Positions 48,344 to 58,590 of a DNA stretch of 64,000 nucleotides are shown in pieces. The stretch's first letter is position 1; the number at the start of each line of letters is the position of its first letter. The notes under the pieces are model-generated. The model worked only from the letters and a program-made list of their open reading frames with translations, was not told where the DNA came from and ran no database searches. Source of the stretch: a virus (lineage: Duplodnaviria > Heunggongvirae > Uroviricota > Caudoviricetes); the IMG/VR virus record IMGVR_UViG_3300045988_149737; one strand, 5' to 3'. The position numbers and the translations under genes are program-made.

Positions 48344-49239
48344 TCGACATGACAGGCATCATCATCAAACGCTACCGCCCGGAAGAGTTCCCGCGTCATC
48401 TGGACTTTCTGGAGCGTATGACCGTTACCAAAGGCACGGTTGAAGACTGGCACGCGCTGAAGTCGCTGCACTACAAGACGGATGGTAAGCCGTTCGCGCC
48501 AACGTATTATCGCTGCGAACTGGACGACCGGCTGGTGGGCGTAGTGGTTATGGCTTACCCGAAACTGCTGCTGGCGCCTCGCCATCGCATGTTTCCTAAG
48601 CTGAAGCCAACCACCAATACCACCGTGGCCAACCAGTATTGGGGCCGGTACGTGAACAACAACTTTGCCGTGATCAGCCGTTCCGTTGTTGACACTCAGT
48701 ACCGCGGTGTCGGCGTCTCCTATCGAATGATTAACCTGGTTAGCAGGATGCACGACCGGCCAATCATCGAGATCCAGTCGTCGATGAGCAAATACAACCC
48801 GTTCGCCATGAAAGCAGGGTTCCAGTTCATCCGTCCGGAGCGTCCGAAGAGCTATGAGAGTGCGTTGCGCGTCTTCCAGCGTCATTTCCGTTCTGACCCT
48901 GGCGACAACGAAGCGATCGTCAAAGAGCTGTTCGCCATGAGTGAGTCTCGCCGTCGTCGTGCGCTGCGTGATCTGGTCGCTGACTACCACAAGAACAGTT
49001 CCCTGGCCAAAGCCGGGCGTAATCGTGGCACGACGATTCAGGACATTGCCGACAGCCTGGTGGACGAGGCCAGCATTGTGAAGCTGCTCAAGGACATTCA
49101 CAACCTGAGCTTTACGTCTCCGTTGTATGGTGTGTACCGAAACCCTGACTTTGGTCGTCGACTGCCTGACACGCTGCCACTGCTGGCATTCGACAAACAA
49201 CCTTTGGATAAACCGTTAGAAATTGCTTTACCGGCATAA
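48340..49239 (+). CDS. hypothetical protein (299 aa); weak GNAT-like motif
   Basis: Coupled ORF; QYRGVGVSYRMINLV loosely resembles the GNAT acetyl-CoA-binding motif. Confidence 0.45.
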   Translation: MIDMTGIIIKRYRPEEFPRHLDFLERMTVTKGTVEDWHALKSLHYKTDGKPFAPTYYRCELDDRLVGVVVMAYPKLLLAPRHRMFPKLKPTTNTTVANQYWGRYVNNNFAVISRSVVDTQYRGVGVSYRMINLVSRMHDRPIIEIQSSMSKYNPFAMKAGFQFIRPERPKSYESALRVFQRHFRSDPGDNEAIVKELFAMSESRRRRALRDLVADYHKNSSLAKAGRNRGTTIQDIADSLVDEASIVKLLKDIHNLSFTSPLYGVYRNPDFGRRLPDTLPLLAFDKQPLDKPLEIALPA

Positions 49240-49248
49240 GGATTTGCC

Positions 49249-49515
49249 ATGACGTTAACCGATAAACAAAAGGACATCATCAAAACGCTCAATCTAGGTT
49301 ATGAGCGAGGTCATCTACTTGATCTGGACGAATTGCTTGAAGTTTTGCCGTACAAGACAACAAAGCAAAGTATCCAGTTCTCAATTCGCGCTCTGATAAA
49401 AAAGGGGCTGGTGGAGAAAGGGCATACGCGCCAACGCATTGACAATCGCTATCACCGCCGAACTCTTGGGTTAACCACTTTAGGTCGAGCCAAAGCGAAG
49501 TTACTGGTGATGTAA
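49249..49515 (+). CDS. hypothetical protein (88 aa), possible winged-helix DNA-binding protein
   Basis: Small basic ORF followed by a large palindrome. Confidence 0.4.
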   Translation: MTLTDKQKDIIKTLNLGYERGHLLDLDELLEVLPYKTTKQSIQFSIRALIKKGLVEKGHTRQRIDNRYHRRTLGLTTLGRAKAKLLVM

Positions 49516-49539
49516 TCGGTCTGGGAGCTTATTTAAAGA

Positions 49540-49594
49540 CCTGCTTCTGTATATATAAATAATAAGTAACTTATTAAATATATACGGAAGCAGG
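49540..49594. other. Long AT-loop palindrome (copy 2 of 2), nested in a larger inverted repeat (about 49519-49616)
   Basis: cctgcttctgtatatataaat...atatatacggaagcagg; outer arms ggtctggg / cccagacc. Confidence 0.5.
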
Positions 49595-49657
49595 CTTAAT
49601 AAGACATGCCCAGACCTAATTAAACACCCCAGAAAACAAGTTGGTTAGCAGATGCAG

Positions 49658-49670
49658 TAAACAAGTTGTT
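49658..49670. promoter_or_regulatory. AAACAA-N-TTGTTT element upstream of the packaging/structural operon (approximate)
   Basis: gtaaacaagttgttttag, with a partial second site agaaaacaagttgg about 25 nt upstream. Confidence 0.4.
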
Positions 49671-49711
49671 TTAGAGCGCATGGACGCGCTCTGTGTGTTT
49701 TAGAGGGATCT

Positions 49712-50344
49712 ATGACGGTCGAAAAAGACGAGGTAAAAACTCGCCTGACACCAGCGGAGTGGGCCGAAGCTGAAGCCAAATGGACGTCAGGCGAATATAC
49801 ACTCTCAAAGCTGGAGGAAGAGTACGGCATTCGTCGTGAAACACTCTCCAGACATTTCAAAAAGCGAGGATTAGAGAAAGGCGCGGACTCTGTTGGGAAG
49901 ATGGTTCGTGAGTCTCTTAAATCTGACGCAGAGCTTCGCGCTAAAGCCCGTGCGGAAAAGATAGAAGAACGTCGTACACGTTATGACGGCTGGGCGTATG
50001 CGTTGGGGCAGATGGTGATGGTCGAAGTCACTACGGCCAAACGTGAGGGTAAGCCTTTAGGGGCGATTGAGGATTCTCTCAAGAGCTTACAGAGAGCAAG
50101 TAATACCCTTGCAAAATGCTTTGAAGTTTCGTCCAAAGCATTGGGCATGGATCATGCGGAAAATGACGAGGAAGAAATTCCGAACCTGGTATTTGGTGAG
50201 CTTACGCCTTCCCAGGTGGCGAAATTACGTCAGGAAGACGACGAGCCTGAAATCATCGATGACGAATTGCTTGAGACGTTGGAAGAAGAAGCTCTAAGCG
50301 AATTTGATGCGACAGATGATGGAAGTGAAGGGGAGGACGAATAA
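49712..50344 (+). CDS. putative terminase small subunit
   Basis: Immediately upstream of and overlapping the large terminase gene; N-terminal HTH-like region, very acidic C-terminus. Confidence 0.45.
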   Translation: MTVEKDEVKTRLTPAEWAEAEAKWTSGEYTLSKLEEEYGIRRETLSRHFKKRGLEKGADSVGKMVRESLKSDAELRAKARAEKIEERRTRYDGWAYALGQMVMVEVTTAKREGKPLGAIEDSLKSLQRASNTLAKCFEVSSKALGMDHAENDEEEIPNLVFGELTPSQVAKLRQEDDEPEIIDDELLETLEEEALSEFDATDDGSEGEDE

Positions 50345-51600
50345 TGGCAATCCCGTCCTCGCTCAGTCTTGTGCAACTGCATTCTGGACAGATGAAAGTC
50401 TTCCAGTCTCCGCATCGATTTAAAGTTGTTTGTGCTGGTCGACGCTGGGGAAAATCCCGGTTGTCGATCTCCACTATTATTCGTGCGGCGGCAAAGAAAA
50501 AAAAGCAAAGGGTCTGGTATGTCGCTCCTACTTACCAGATGGCTCGCCAGATTTTGTGGGACGATCTACAGGAAGTTCTGCCTCGTAAGTGGGTTAGGAA
50601 AAAGAACGACACCACGATGACAATCGTGTTGAAGAACGGTTCGGAGATCGCTCTCAAAGGTGCTGATAAGCCTGACACTCTGCGCGGCGTAGCGTTGCAT
50701 TTTGTAGTGCTTGATGAATTTCAGGATATGAAGGCTGACACCTGGTACAAGGTGTTACGACCTACTCTTTCATCGACACGCGGCGGTGCACTGATCATTG
50801 GTACGCCAAAAGGCTTCTCGGAATTTCACAAACTGTGGACTATAGGCCAGAACGTAGAGCTGCAAAGAAAGGGACAGTGGAAGAGCTGGCAGTTTGTAAC
50901 TGCCGATTCTCCGTTTGTGCCTACGGCGGAAATTGAAGCTGCTAAGAACGATATGGATCCTAAATCGTTCGCTCAGGAGTACCTGGCGAGCTTTGAGAAC
51001 ATGTCCGGGCGCGTTTACTACCCGTTCGATCGTAACGTGCATGTAAAACCGCTTCAGTTCAACCCTCGGTTGCCTATATGGGTAGGGCAGGACTTCAACA
51101 TTGACCCGATGTCTTCCGTAATTTTGCAACCTCAGCCAAATGGTGAGCTATGGGCAATTGATGAATTGGTGCTCTTTTCCTCTAACACGGCAGAAGTTTG
51201 TGATGAGCTTGAGAGACGCTTCTGGCGCTGGAAATCACAGATAACGGTATTTCCAGATCCGGCAGGTGCTTATCGCCAACATGCTCGCGGGGAGTCTGAC
51301 GTCGACATATTCAAAGAGAAGGGATTCTTACGTGTCGATTATTCGAAAAAGCACCCGCCAATTGCGGATCGTGTTAATGCTGTTAACCGAATGCTGATGA
51401 CTGCATCTGGAGATATCCGGCTGTATATCGATCCGAAGTGCAAGCATTTGATTGATTCACTGGAAAAAGTCATCTACAAGCCTGGAACACGAGATATGGA
51501 TAAGACAGGTGGCATTGAGCATAGTGCAGACGCATTGGGCTATCCAGTACATCGTAGGTATCCAGTCAAAAACCGTGTTATTCTTGGTGGTTCTCGATAG
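50344..51600 (+). CDS. Terminase large subunit
   Basis: Walker A-like VVCAGRRWGKS, Walker B VVLDEFQD; size and position before the portal gene. Confidence 0.8.
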   Translation: MAIPSSLSLVQLHSGQMKVFQSPHRFKVVCAGRRWGKSRLSISTIIRAAAKKKKQRVWYVAPTYQMARQILWDDLQEVLPRKWVRKKNDTTMTIVLKNGSEIALKGADKPDTLRGVALHFVVLDEFQDMKADTWYKVLRPTLSSTRGGALIIGTPKGFSEFHKLWTIGQNVELQRKGQWKSWQFVTADSPFVPTAEIEAAKNDMDPKSFAQEYLASFENMSGRVYYPFDRNVHVKPLQFNPRLPIWVGQDFNIDPMSSVILQPQPNGELWAIDELVLFSSNTAEVCDELERRFWRWKSQITVFPDPAGAYRQHARGESDVDIFKEKGFLRVDYSKKHPPIADRVNAVNRMLMTASGDIRLYIDPKCKHLIDSLEKVIYKPGTRDMDKTGGIEHSADALGYPVHRRYPVKNRVILGGSR

Positions 51601-51626
51601 GTAAGTAATTATCTAAGGTTATTCAA

Positions 51627-53201
51627 ATGGAATTGAACGACAAACAAATTAAGGATCTGGTGGCGCGACGCCACCCGGAATACGAAAAGAAAAAAGAACA
51701 TTGGGACTTCCTCGCCAGCACTTACGCTGGCGGGCGTGGTTGGTTTACAGACAATATCTTTCGTTACTTTAAAGAGGGAGATCAGGAGTTTAAGGAGCGA
51801 GTTGAGCGTGCTTATCGCTTCAACCACACTCGTGAGGTGGTAAACCTCATCAACAAATATCTCTTTAAAGAAGACATTCATAGAAATATCGAAGAGGCAC
51901 CAGAGCAGATCCGCAATTTCTGGAAACGTGCGACTCGCCAGAATGCCTCTATTGACTCATTTATGGCCGCTATTGATTTGCAGTCGTCTATTTACGGTCG
52001 CATATGGGTTGTTGTCGATAGCACGATGAGTGGTGATGTTGAGTCAGTAGCTGACGAGAAAAAGAAAGATGCTCGCGCCTACGCCTACTGGATTTCACCT
52101 CAGCAAATGCTGGATGTGGCATGGGACGACGACGGGAATATGTTGTGGGCGTTAATTGTGGAAGTCGCTCGTGATGACGAAGATCCTTTTACTTCTACAG
52201 GTCAGGAATACCAACGTTATCGTCTGTGGACACAAAACGAGTGGTATCTGTTCCGTGAGGAAGTGAAGAAGGGCGCTGGTGGAGCAGGTCGCCGTCAGGC
52301 AAAAGTTATTTTAGAGGACAGCGGCGCGCATAATCTCGGCGTAGTTCCTGTGTTTCCTGTTGATTGTATTGGAGAAAGTGAATCACCGTATTTCAGCCCA
52401 TCGTTGATCGATGATATCGCTTATCTTGATCGTGCGGTTGCAAACTATCTGTCAAACCTTGATGCCATTATTCAGGATCAGACATTTAGCCAGTTGGCTA
52501 TACCGGTACAGTCGCTTTTACCTGGTGATGAAAACCACACTAAAGTGCTTGAAATGGGCACAAAGCGAGTCTTCACCTACGATTCTGAAGGTGGAAACCA
52601 GCCGTTTTATCTGTCACCAGACCCGAAACAAGCTCAGATGATCATCACTACGATTAAGACGGTGATTAACGAAATCTACCATTCAGTTGGTGTAGCTGGT
52701 GAGCGAACGAAGCAGGACAACGCACAGGGAATCGATAATTCATCTGGTGCCGCAAAAATGTATGACTTCCAGCGTGTAAATAGCTTGCTTGTCACAAAAG
52801 CAGAGCGTCTGGAAAGGGCTGAACGCCAAATCATGCTACTGGTTGCGAAATGGATGGGGGTAGATCTGAACGAAGACCACTCTTTAATTGCGTATCCAGA
52901 AAGTTTCGATATTCGTGGCCTTACTGATGAATTTTCTGTTGCCGAGAAACTGTCATTACTTCAGGCACCGGACTCTGTACGTCGTCACCAGATGGAAATG
53001 CTTATTGAGAAGATTTTCCCGAACATTACTGAGGCGATGAAAAAGGAATTTGATAAAGATCTCTTGAATTTTCCGCCAAAAAATGATCTAAATACCCTTG
53101 AAAATAAGTCAGTACTTACTTATGATCGTGGTGCAGCCCAAGAAAGCGGGCAAGATCAACCCCGAGGGAATGGGGACTCATCTACTCAAGAGAACGAGTG
53201 A
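51627..53201 (+). CDS. Portal protein (putative)
   Basis: 524-aa ORF directly after the terminase, acidic C-terminus; assignment by position and size. Confidence 0.6.
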   Translation: MELNDKQIKDLVARRHPEYEKKKEHWDFLASTYAGGRGWFTDNIFRYFKEGDQEFKERVERAYRFNHTREVVNLINKYLFKEDIHRNIEEAPEQIRNFWKRATRQNASIDSFMAAIDLQSSIYGRIWVVVDSTMSGDVESVADEKKKDARAYAYWISPQQMLDVAWDDDGNMLWALIVEVARDDEDPFTSTGQEYQRYRLWTQNEWYLFREEVKKGAGGAGRRQAKVILEDSGAHNLGVVPVFPVDCIGESESPYFSPSLIDDIAYLDRAVANYLSNLDAIIQDQTFSQLAIPVQSLLPGDENHTKVLEMGTKRVFTYDSEGGNQPFYLSPDPKQAQMIITTIKTVINEIYHSVGVAGERTKQDNAQGIDNSSGAAKMYDFQRVNSLLVTKAERLERAERQIMLLVAKWMGVDLNEDHSLIAYPESFDIRGLTDEFSVAEKLSLLQAPDSVRRHQMEMLIEKIFPNITEAMKKEFDKDLLNFPPKNDLNTLENKSVLTYDRGAAQESGQDQPRGNGDSSTQENE

Positions 53202-53222
53202 TAAGTAACAAAGGGAATTTTT

Positions 53223-54110
53223 ATGAAACTGTGGCAAATGCTTTTGGCCCGTCGTGGTCTGATGGATGTTGCTGAAGCGCATGAGCGTGGGGGCGCTGGC
53301 GGTGTAGCTGCTGATAATGAGCAGAGTACACAAGATCCTGACAAGCAGGGTGAACAAAAAGAGCAGCCGAAGGGTGATGACGAATACGCTGGCATGACTC
53401 ATGAAGAGTTACTGGTCGAACTTCGCAAAACCAAGAAAGCTGGTGCTGAACTGCTGAAAGAGAACATGAAGCGCAAAGAGAAAGAGCGCACATTGGCCGA
53501 TCAGCTTGCTCAGTACGGTGATATCGACCCGGCGCGTGCTCGCCAGCTTTTAGAAGCTGAACAGGCCGCAGAAAACGCACGTCGTGAGGCGGAGCAAGCT
53601 GAACTGGAGCGTCGTGGTGAGTTCGATGCTGTTAAAAAACAGATGATCGAAGCACACCAGGCAGAGCTGGCACAGCGTGACGAACGTTATGCAGCACTGG
53701 AAAGTGAAAACGCATCACTGAAATCTCAATTAGTCGAGATGACCGTGGGCGCTTCCTTCAGTAACTCTCTCTTCCTACGTGACAAAGTTCTAATGACTCC
53801 GGCAAAAGCCCGCGTGATCTACGGTTCTCATTTTGAAGTGGGTGAAGACGGTAGCGTAGTGGGTTATGACAAACCGGCAGGTCATAAAGAACGAGCTGTT
53901 CTGGTTGACGGTGAAGGTAAGCCGTTGCCGTTTGAATCCGCGATTGAACGCATTGTGCGGGCAGATCCGGAAGCTGACGCATTGATGCGTAGCGAAGCCA
54001 AGCAGGGTGTAGGCTCACATTCCAAATCGACCTACACAATATCCCAACCGAAGAACAAGTCGACTATGGATAAGTTGGCCTCCGGTCTGGGGAAAATTGG
54101 ACTTAAGTAA
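53223..54110 (+). CDS. Scaffolding protein (putative)
   Basis: Central coiled-coil segment; between portal and capsid genes. Confidence 0.5.
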   Translation: MKLWQMLLARRGLMDVAEAHERGGAGGVAADNEQSTQDPDKQGEQKEQPKGDDEYAGMTHEELLVELRKTKKAGAELLKENMKRKEKERTLADQLAQYGDIDPARARQLLEAEQAAENARREAEQAELERRGEFDAVKKQMIEAHQAELAQRDERYAALESENASLKSQLVEMTVGASFSNSLFLRDKVLMTPAKARVIYGSHFEVGEDGSVVGYDKPAGHKERAVLVDGEGKPLPFESAIERIVRADPEADALMRSEAKQGVGSHSKSTYTISQPKNKSTMDKLASGLGKIGLK

Positions 54111-54135
54111 CATCTAAATCAAAGGGAATTGATAG

Positions 54136-55011
54136 ATGCCATTACTGCGTGAAGAAGCTGAAAAGCTGTCTAACAACGAACTTGAACAGGGTGTGATCGA
54201 AACTATCATCGATCGCGATGACCTGTTTGCCATCCTGCCTTTTATGAAAATTAATTCAAAGGCATATCTGTACAACCGTGAAAAAACGCTGAGTGAAGCT
54301 ACCTTCATCGACGTTAACGACACCATCACTGAAGGTGCAGCAACCTTCGAAGAATGCGTTGCGAAACTGCGTATTCTGGCTGGTGACGTAGACGTTGATA
54401 AATTCCTGGCAACCACTATGGCCGACACCAATAACCAGTTGGCTATTCAGGTTCGTCAGAAAGTTAAAGGTCTGGCTCGTGCGTTCCGTCGCAACCTGAT
54501 TTTGGGTGACTCCAGCTCCAACACCAAAGCGTTCGACGGCATTCCACGCCTGATGCACACAGATCAGAAGATCGACATCGCAGGTGCATCTATGACTTTC
54601 TCTATGTTCGACGAACTGGTCGATGCGGTGAAAGATCTTGGTGCTGACTGCATCATGATGCGTTCAGAGCACCTGCGTGCTTACCGTGCGCTGCTGCGTA
54701 CAGTAAACGTAGGCCCGTCTGAAATCATGATGGAGAACTTCGGTCGTCCGATGCTGTGTCATAACGGCGTTCCGTTCATCATCAACGACTTCATCCCGAC
54801 CGATTCTGGCAAAGCAAGCATCTACTGCCTGCATCTGTCAGAAGAGAACGGCGTTACTGGTCTGTATGGCGGCGACAACGCAGGTATCGTTGTTGAAAAC
54901 ATTGGTACTGTACAGAACAAAGACGCAGTACGTACCCGTGTGAAGTGGTACTGCTCTCTGGCGAATAAGCACGATAAGGCTATCGCTGCACTGACCAATG
55001 TAAAAATTTAA
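54136..55011 (+). CDS. Major capsid protein (putative)
   Basis: 291-aa ORF after the scaffold gene with a strong RBS; assignment by synteny. Confidence 0.55.
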   Translation: MPLLREEAEKLSNNELEQGVIETIIDRDDLFAILPFMKINSKAYLYNREKTLSEATFIDVNDTITEGAATFEECVAKLRILAGDVDVDKFLATTMADTNNQLAIQVRQKVKGLARAFRRNLILGDSSSNTKAFDGIPRLMHTDQKIDIAGASMTFSMFDELVDAVKDLGADCIMMRSEHLRAYRALLRTVNVGPSEIMMENFGRPMLCHNGVPFIINDFIPTDSGKASIYCLHLSEENGVTGLYGGDNAGIVVENIGTVQNKDAVRTRVKWYCSLANKHDKAIAALTNVKI

Positions 55012-55084
55012 TCAGTGAAGTAGATAAGTAATTATCTATGTTAAAGGGTGGGCTATACGCCCACCCTTTTTGTAGGAGCGAGAA

Positions 55085-56005
55085 ATGCCAGAACAAAAGA
55101 TGAAGATTACGGAAGAGGCATTTTCGGATTTTACGGGGCATATGTGCCGTGCCGGATTTACCAATTCTATCTCCGATGAACCTTTAACCGAGCGACAACA
55201 AAGTCAGCTATCTGCTTGTTTGCAGGCGGTTCCCTTCTCCCAATCCGTAGACATAACCCCGGCTTCACCGTCAGTTTTGGTTGGGAAAACTGTTCAACTT
55301 AGTGCAGGTATTACTATGGGTAAGAGTGCCAGTTCATTCACCTGGAAGTCAGCCAATGATCAAATTGCAACCGTCAACGGCACTGGATTAGTAACTGGCG
55401 TAGCACCAGGCAAAGTGAAAATTACCGCAACTGATCAGGAAACCCAGCTTTCCGCGTCAGTGGAAGTCACCGTAAATCCGGTAGCCGTTCAATCCGTAAC
55501 GGTAACGCCAGACTCAACCTCTGTTGAGAAAGGGAAATCAGTCAGTCTGAAAGCGAATGTTCAGCCGTCAAATGCGACGAATAAGGCAGTTACTTGGTCT
55601 TCCAAAAATGAAGACAAGGCAACGGTAGACCAGAGCGGGAACGTTACTGGTGTAGAAGTTGGCACTGCGACGATTGAGATCGTTTCCCAAGATGGCAGCA
55701 AAAAGGCAACTGCAACGGTGGAAGTAACTGCGCCTGTTGTGGCTGTTACTGGTGTCGAAATCGACCCAAATAGCACAACCGTTGAGGCAAACAAAACTGT
55801 TCAGCTGACCGCAAATGTCGAGCCGGCAGGAGCCACAAATAAAACCGTTACTTGGGAATCCAAAAATACCGAGTTTGCAACGGTTGACAGCGAAACCGGT
55901 GTTGTAACTGGTGTTGCGGCTGGTACTGCCACAATCGAGGTTACTACCCAAGATGGTAGCCACAAAGCGACAGCAACTGTAGAAGTTACTGCCGCACAGG
56001 AATAA
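55085..56005 (+). CDS. Ig-like (Big_2-type) domain protein, probable capsid decoration protein
   Basis: Three tandem repeats of about 75 aa each ending ...ATATVEVTA. Confidence 0.6.
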   Translation: MPEQKMKITEEAFSDFTGHMCRAGFTNSISDEPLTERQQSQLSACLQAVPFSQSVDITPASPSVLVGKTVQLSAGITMGKSASSFTWKSANDQIATVNGTGLVTGVAPGKVKITATDQETQLSASVEVTVNPVAVQSVTVTPDSTSVEKGKSVSLKANVQPSNATNKAVTWSSKNEDKATVDQSGNVTGVEVGTATIEIVSQDGSKKATATVEVTAPVVAVTGVEIDPNSTTVEANKTVQLTANVEPAGATNKTVTWESKNTEFATVDSETGVVTGVAAGTATIEVTTQDGSHKATATVEVTAAQE

Positions 56006-56049
56006 CCGATATTGGGCGGCTTTCGCCGCCTAAGTGGAGAGAAAGCGTT

Positions 56050-56484
56050 ATGAAACCAGCAAAAATTGTTTTATTAGAACCGCAATTTTCCGGTTATTCG
56101 GGAATGCTGTGTGGCGTTCATTTCGAGAACGGGGTATCCGTAGCGGAGTTGCCTTTTATCGATCAGCAGAGGATTTGTGCTTCAATGCGAGCGTCAACAG
56201 TAGAGGGCAAAAATGTTTCTCCGTCTGCTGCATACAGTGATCGTGGTGAATTGACCGCAGACATGATTACCGAGCCAACAGCGCCTGACATTGTGCCAAT
56301 GAAACGTGGGACACCAGATGAACCGGCCAAACAGATTCAGACTTTCACACGAGAAGAGTTGGAGTCAATTGCAGACAATGAAGGCATTGCCGGTCTACGT
56401 GTGATTGGTAATCAGGTTGGTGTCAAAGCGAAAGGAATTGTCGAGATGATTGAAGGCATCCTGAAAGCACAAGGCGGTGAGTAA
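56050..56484 (+). CDS. hypothetical structural protein (144 aa)
   Basis: ORF in late operon. Confidence 0.4.
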   Translation: MKPAKIVLLEPQFSGYSGMLCGVHFENGVSVAELPFIDQQRICASMRASTVEGKNVSPSAAYSDRGELTADMITEPTAPDIVPMKRGTPDEPAKQIQTFTREELESIADNEGIAGLRVIGNQVGVKAKGIVEMIEGILKAQGGE

Positions 56485-57317
56485 TGGCGCAGATCGACTC
56501 GTATCGTAGCGGTGAAGCTGTTTCCCTTTCATTTGCCTTCAACGTGCTGGATATCGAATCTGCTACCTACACAGTAAAGGACAGCACCGGGGCTATTCTC
56601 GTTGATGGCGAGCCGCTAGAAATTACCAGCGGTCAAATGTCGATTCCGGTTGTCGTGTCGGCTGAATATAACCAGCTCTCTGAGAAAGAACGCGATCTGC
56701 GGTACGTCATTGTGAAGGCTGTTGCATCGGGTCTGACGCATGAAGAGCGGCAAATGTATGTTCTGCTGAATAGTTTTGAACTGTCGATACCAGAACAGTC
56801 GTTTGCAACTGTCGCTGATGCTCAAATGCAGGCGATCGATATGCTGAATGGGGACACTTTGCTGTCGGATGGTGAAGGCTTAATGCGCAAGCGTCTCATT
56901 GAGGCTACCAGACGTATTAAAACTTTACCGTTCTCAATCCGCAAAATTCTACGTATCGACTTTGACCGATACGATCGCCCTCAAAATATGCTGAATGTGT
57001 ATGACATTCCGTGGGGAGCAGACGGAGCGTACCGGCATGATTTAGTCGATTGGGAAAAGATGACGCAGGAGAAGTTTGAAGAGTTACCTGACTACTTCAA
57101 AGAAGCGTTGATGCTTGCCGTTGTCAACGAAGCGTGTGAGATCGCAAATGGCAATGATGTAGCCTCAGCACGAGAGGATGGCATTTTGTCAGAGTCCATC
57201 GGTGAAACAACCAACATGTACCGTACCGGTAAAGCTGCAAACGTGCATGTGGCTCGTAGTACCTGGCGCTTGCTGGTCAGTTACATTAACAACCGTATGA
57301 TTGTTCGCCGTGCGTAA
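56484..57317 (+). CDS. hypothetical structural protein (277 aa), possible head-tail connector component
   Basis: ORF in late operon between capsid and tail genes. Confidence 0.4.
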   Translation: MAQIDSYRSGEAVSLSFAFNVLDIESATYTVKDSTGAILVDGEPLEITSGQMSIPVVVSAEYNQLSEKERDLRYVIVKAVASGLTHEERQMYVLLNSFELSIPEQSFATVADAQMQAIDMLNGDTLLSDGEGLMRKRLIEATRRIKTLPFSIRKILRIDFDRYDRPQNMLNVYDIPWGADGAYRHDLVDWEKMTQEKFEELPDYFKEALMLAVVNEACEIANGNDVASAREDGILSESIGETTNMYRTGKAANVHVARSTWRLLVSYINNRMIVRRA

Positions 57318-57396
57318 CGCCAGTCGCATTATTTACTTTTGGTCTAAAGGGTTTTTGGCCAGTAATGAGAGCGACCGACAACAACAGGGAGAGAGC

Positions 57397-57741
57397 ATGA
57401 ATATTTCATGGCAAACAGAAATTGCGATCTACCGCTTTGGCGCAAAGAACGTTTACGGTGAGGCGCAATTACAATTCGTCAGGAAGACGAATGTCGGCGT
57501 GGTTAAGTTCGAACAGAGTAATGAGAAATCGTCAGTTCGTGCTGATAGCTCTGGTAGTCGTGGTAAGGCGAGTCTGGAGCTGTTTGATGCTGTGTTAGTT
57601 GTCCCTTTAGAAGCGGCTGTACAACTTGATGATGTGCTGATCCTTGAAGGTCAAAAATTAAAGGTGTCCAGTGTTCATCGCCGCTGGGGGCTACGAGGAA
57701 GACCTGGGCATCTTGAAGTGGGGGCGAATATATGGGTCTGA
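57397..57741 (+). CDS. hypothetical structural protein (114 aa)
   Basis: Start moved to internal ATG with gggagagagc RBS. Confidence 0.4.
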   Translation: MNISWQTEIAIYRFGAKNVYGEAQLQFVRKTNVGVVKFEQSNEKSSVRADSSGSRGKASLELFDAVLVVPLEAAVQLDDVLILEGQKLKVSSVHRRWGLRGRPGHLEVGANIWV

Positions 57742-58205
57742 AATACGATGCGCATCAGTTCAAACGTGCGGGGAATAGACTCAACAACAGCCAGAAAGCA
57801 TTTAAGCGATATCTTATTCGGGACATGGAAAAGCTGGCGCGTTTGGTTGAGCGTCTCAGCCGTGCAATGGCTCCGCTGGAAACCGGATCTCTGGAGACAG
57901 CTATCTTTGCCAGGGTGATTAAAGAAGGTTATTCAGGGCTGCGCATTGAGCTTTCTGTGTCTGGAGCAAAACCACGTCAGGGGCATCCGGGCGTAGAAGT
58001 AGGTGACTATGCTAAGTACATGGAGCTGGGTAAATACCGACTCGGTTATCTTTCTCGAATGAAGAACGTGACAAACCCACCAATTGCCGGTGTTAAACCC
58101 CGTGTTGGGCCACACTTTCTGGAAAGAGCGGTGGAAATTAGCGAGAAGCAGTTCTCAGAAGCGATTCTTGAGGCTGCCAGAAAAGCCGGTTTTACGAGAG
58201 GTTAA
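57732..58205 (+). CDS. hypothetical structural protein (157 aa)
   Basis: Coupled ORF. Confidence 0.4.
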   Translation: MGLKYDAHQFKRAGNRLNNSQKAFKRYLIRDMEKLARLVERLSRAMAPLETGSLETAIFARVIKEGYSGLRIELSVSGAKPRQGHPGVEVGDYAKYMELGKYRLGYLSRMKNVTNPPIAGVKPRVGPHFLERAVEISEKQFSEAILEAARKAGFTRG

Positions 58206-58206
58206 T

Positions 58207-58590
58207 GTGTTTATTGAAGCGTTTGCAAGTTTGATGCAGAAGGCAAAGATTGGCACGGTCGGGACTGATATTTTCTGTCACTACTTGCCTGCCAATGTGA
58301 AATCTGGCGTCCTGCTTATTAACCCAAATACCGGTATCAGCATCGATCATGAGCTACAGGGCTTTTACCACGAATCATTCACAATAATTGTGCGTGGTTC
58401 GTCAATTACTACGACGGTTGAGAAAGCCAATAAAATCATTGAGATGTTTCCAGTAGAGGAAACGGAATCTGGTGGTGTTTATTTTCGACTGGTACGACCG
58501 ATGGCGATGCCAATCATTTATCCCAAAAATGATGGAGCATTAATAGAAGCAGGCATTCCAGTTGAATTTGCTGGCTATTTATTGAATTAA
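58207..58590 (+). CDS. hypothetical structural protein (about 127 aa), possible tail terminator; GTG start uncertain
   Basis: gagagg RBS upstream of the GTG just after the previous stop. Confidence 0.35.
   Translation: MFIEAFASLMQKAKIGTVGTDIFCHYLPANVKSGVLLINPNTGISIDHELQGFYHESFTIIVRGSSITTTVEKANKIIEMFPVEETESGGVYFRLVRPMAMPIIYPKNDGALIEAGIPVEFAGYLLN

Noticed and set aside
47782-49200. 472-aa minus-strand ORF
   Set aside because: Lies antisense across three well-supported, translationally coupled + strand genes in a GC-rich stretch; no RBS or motif; typical spurious antisense ORF.
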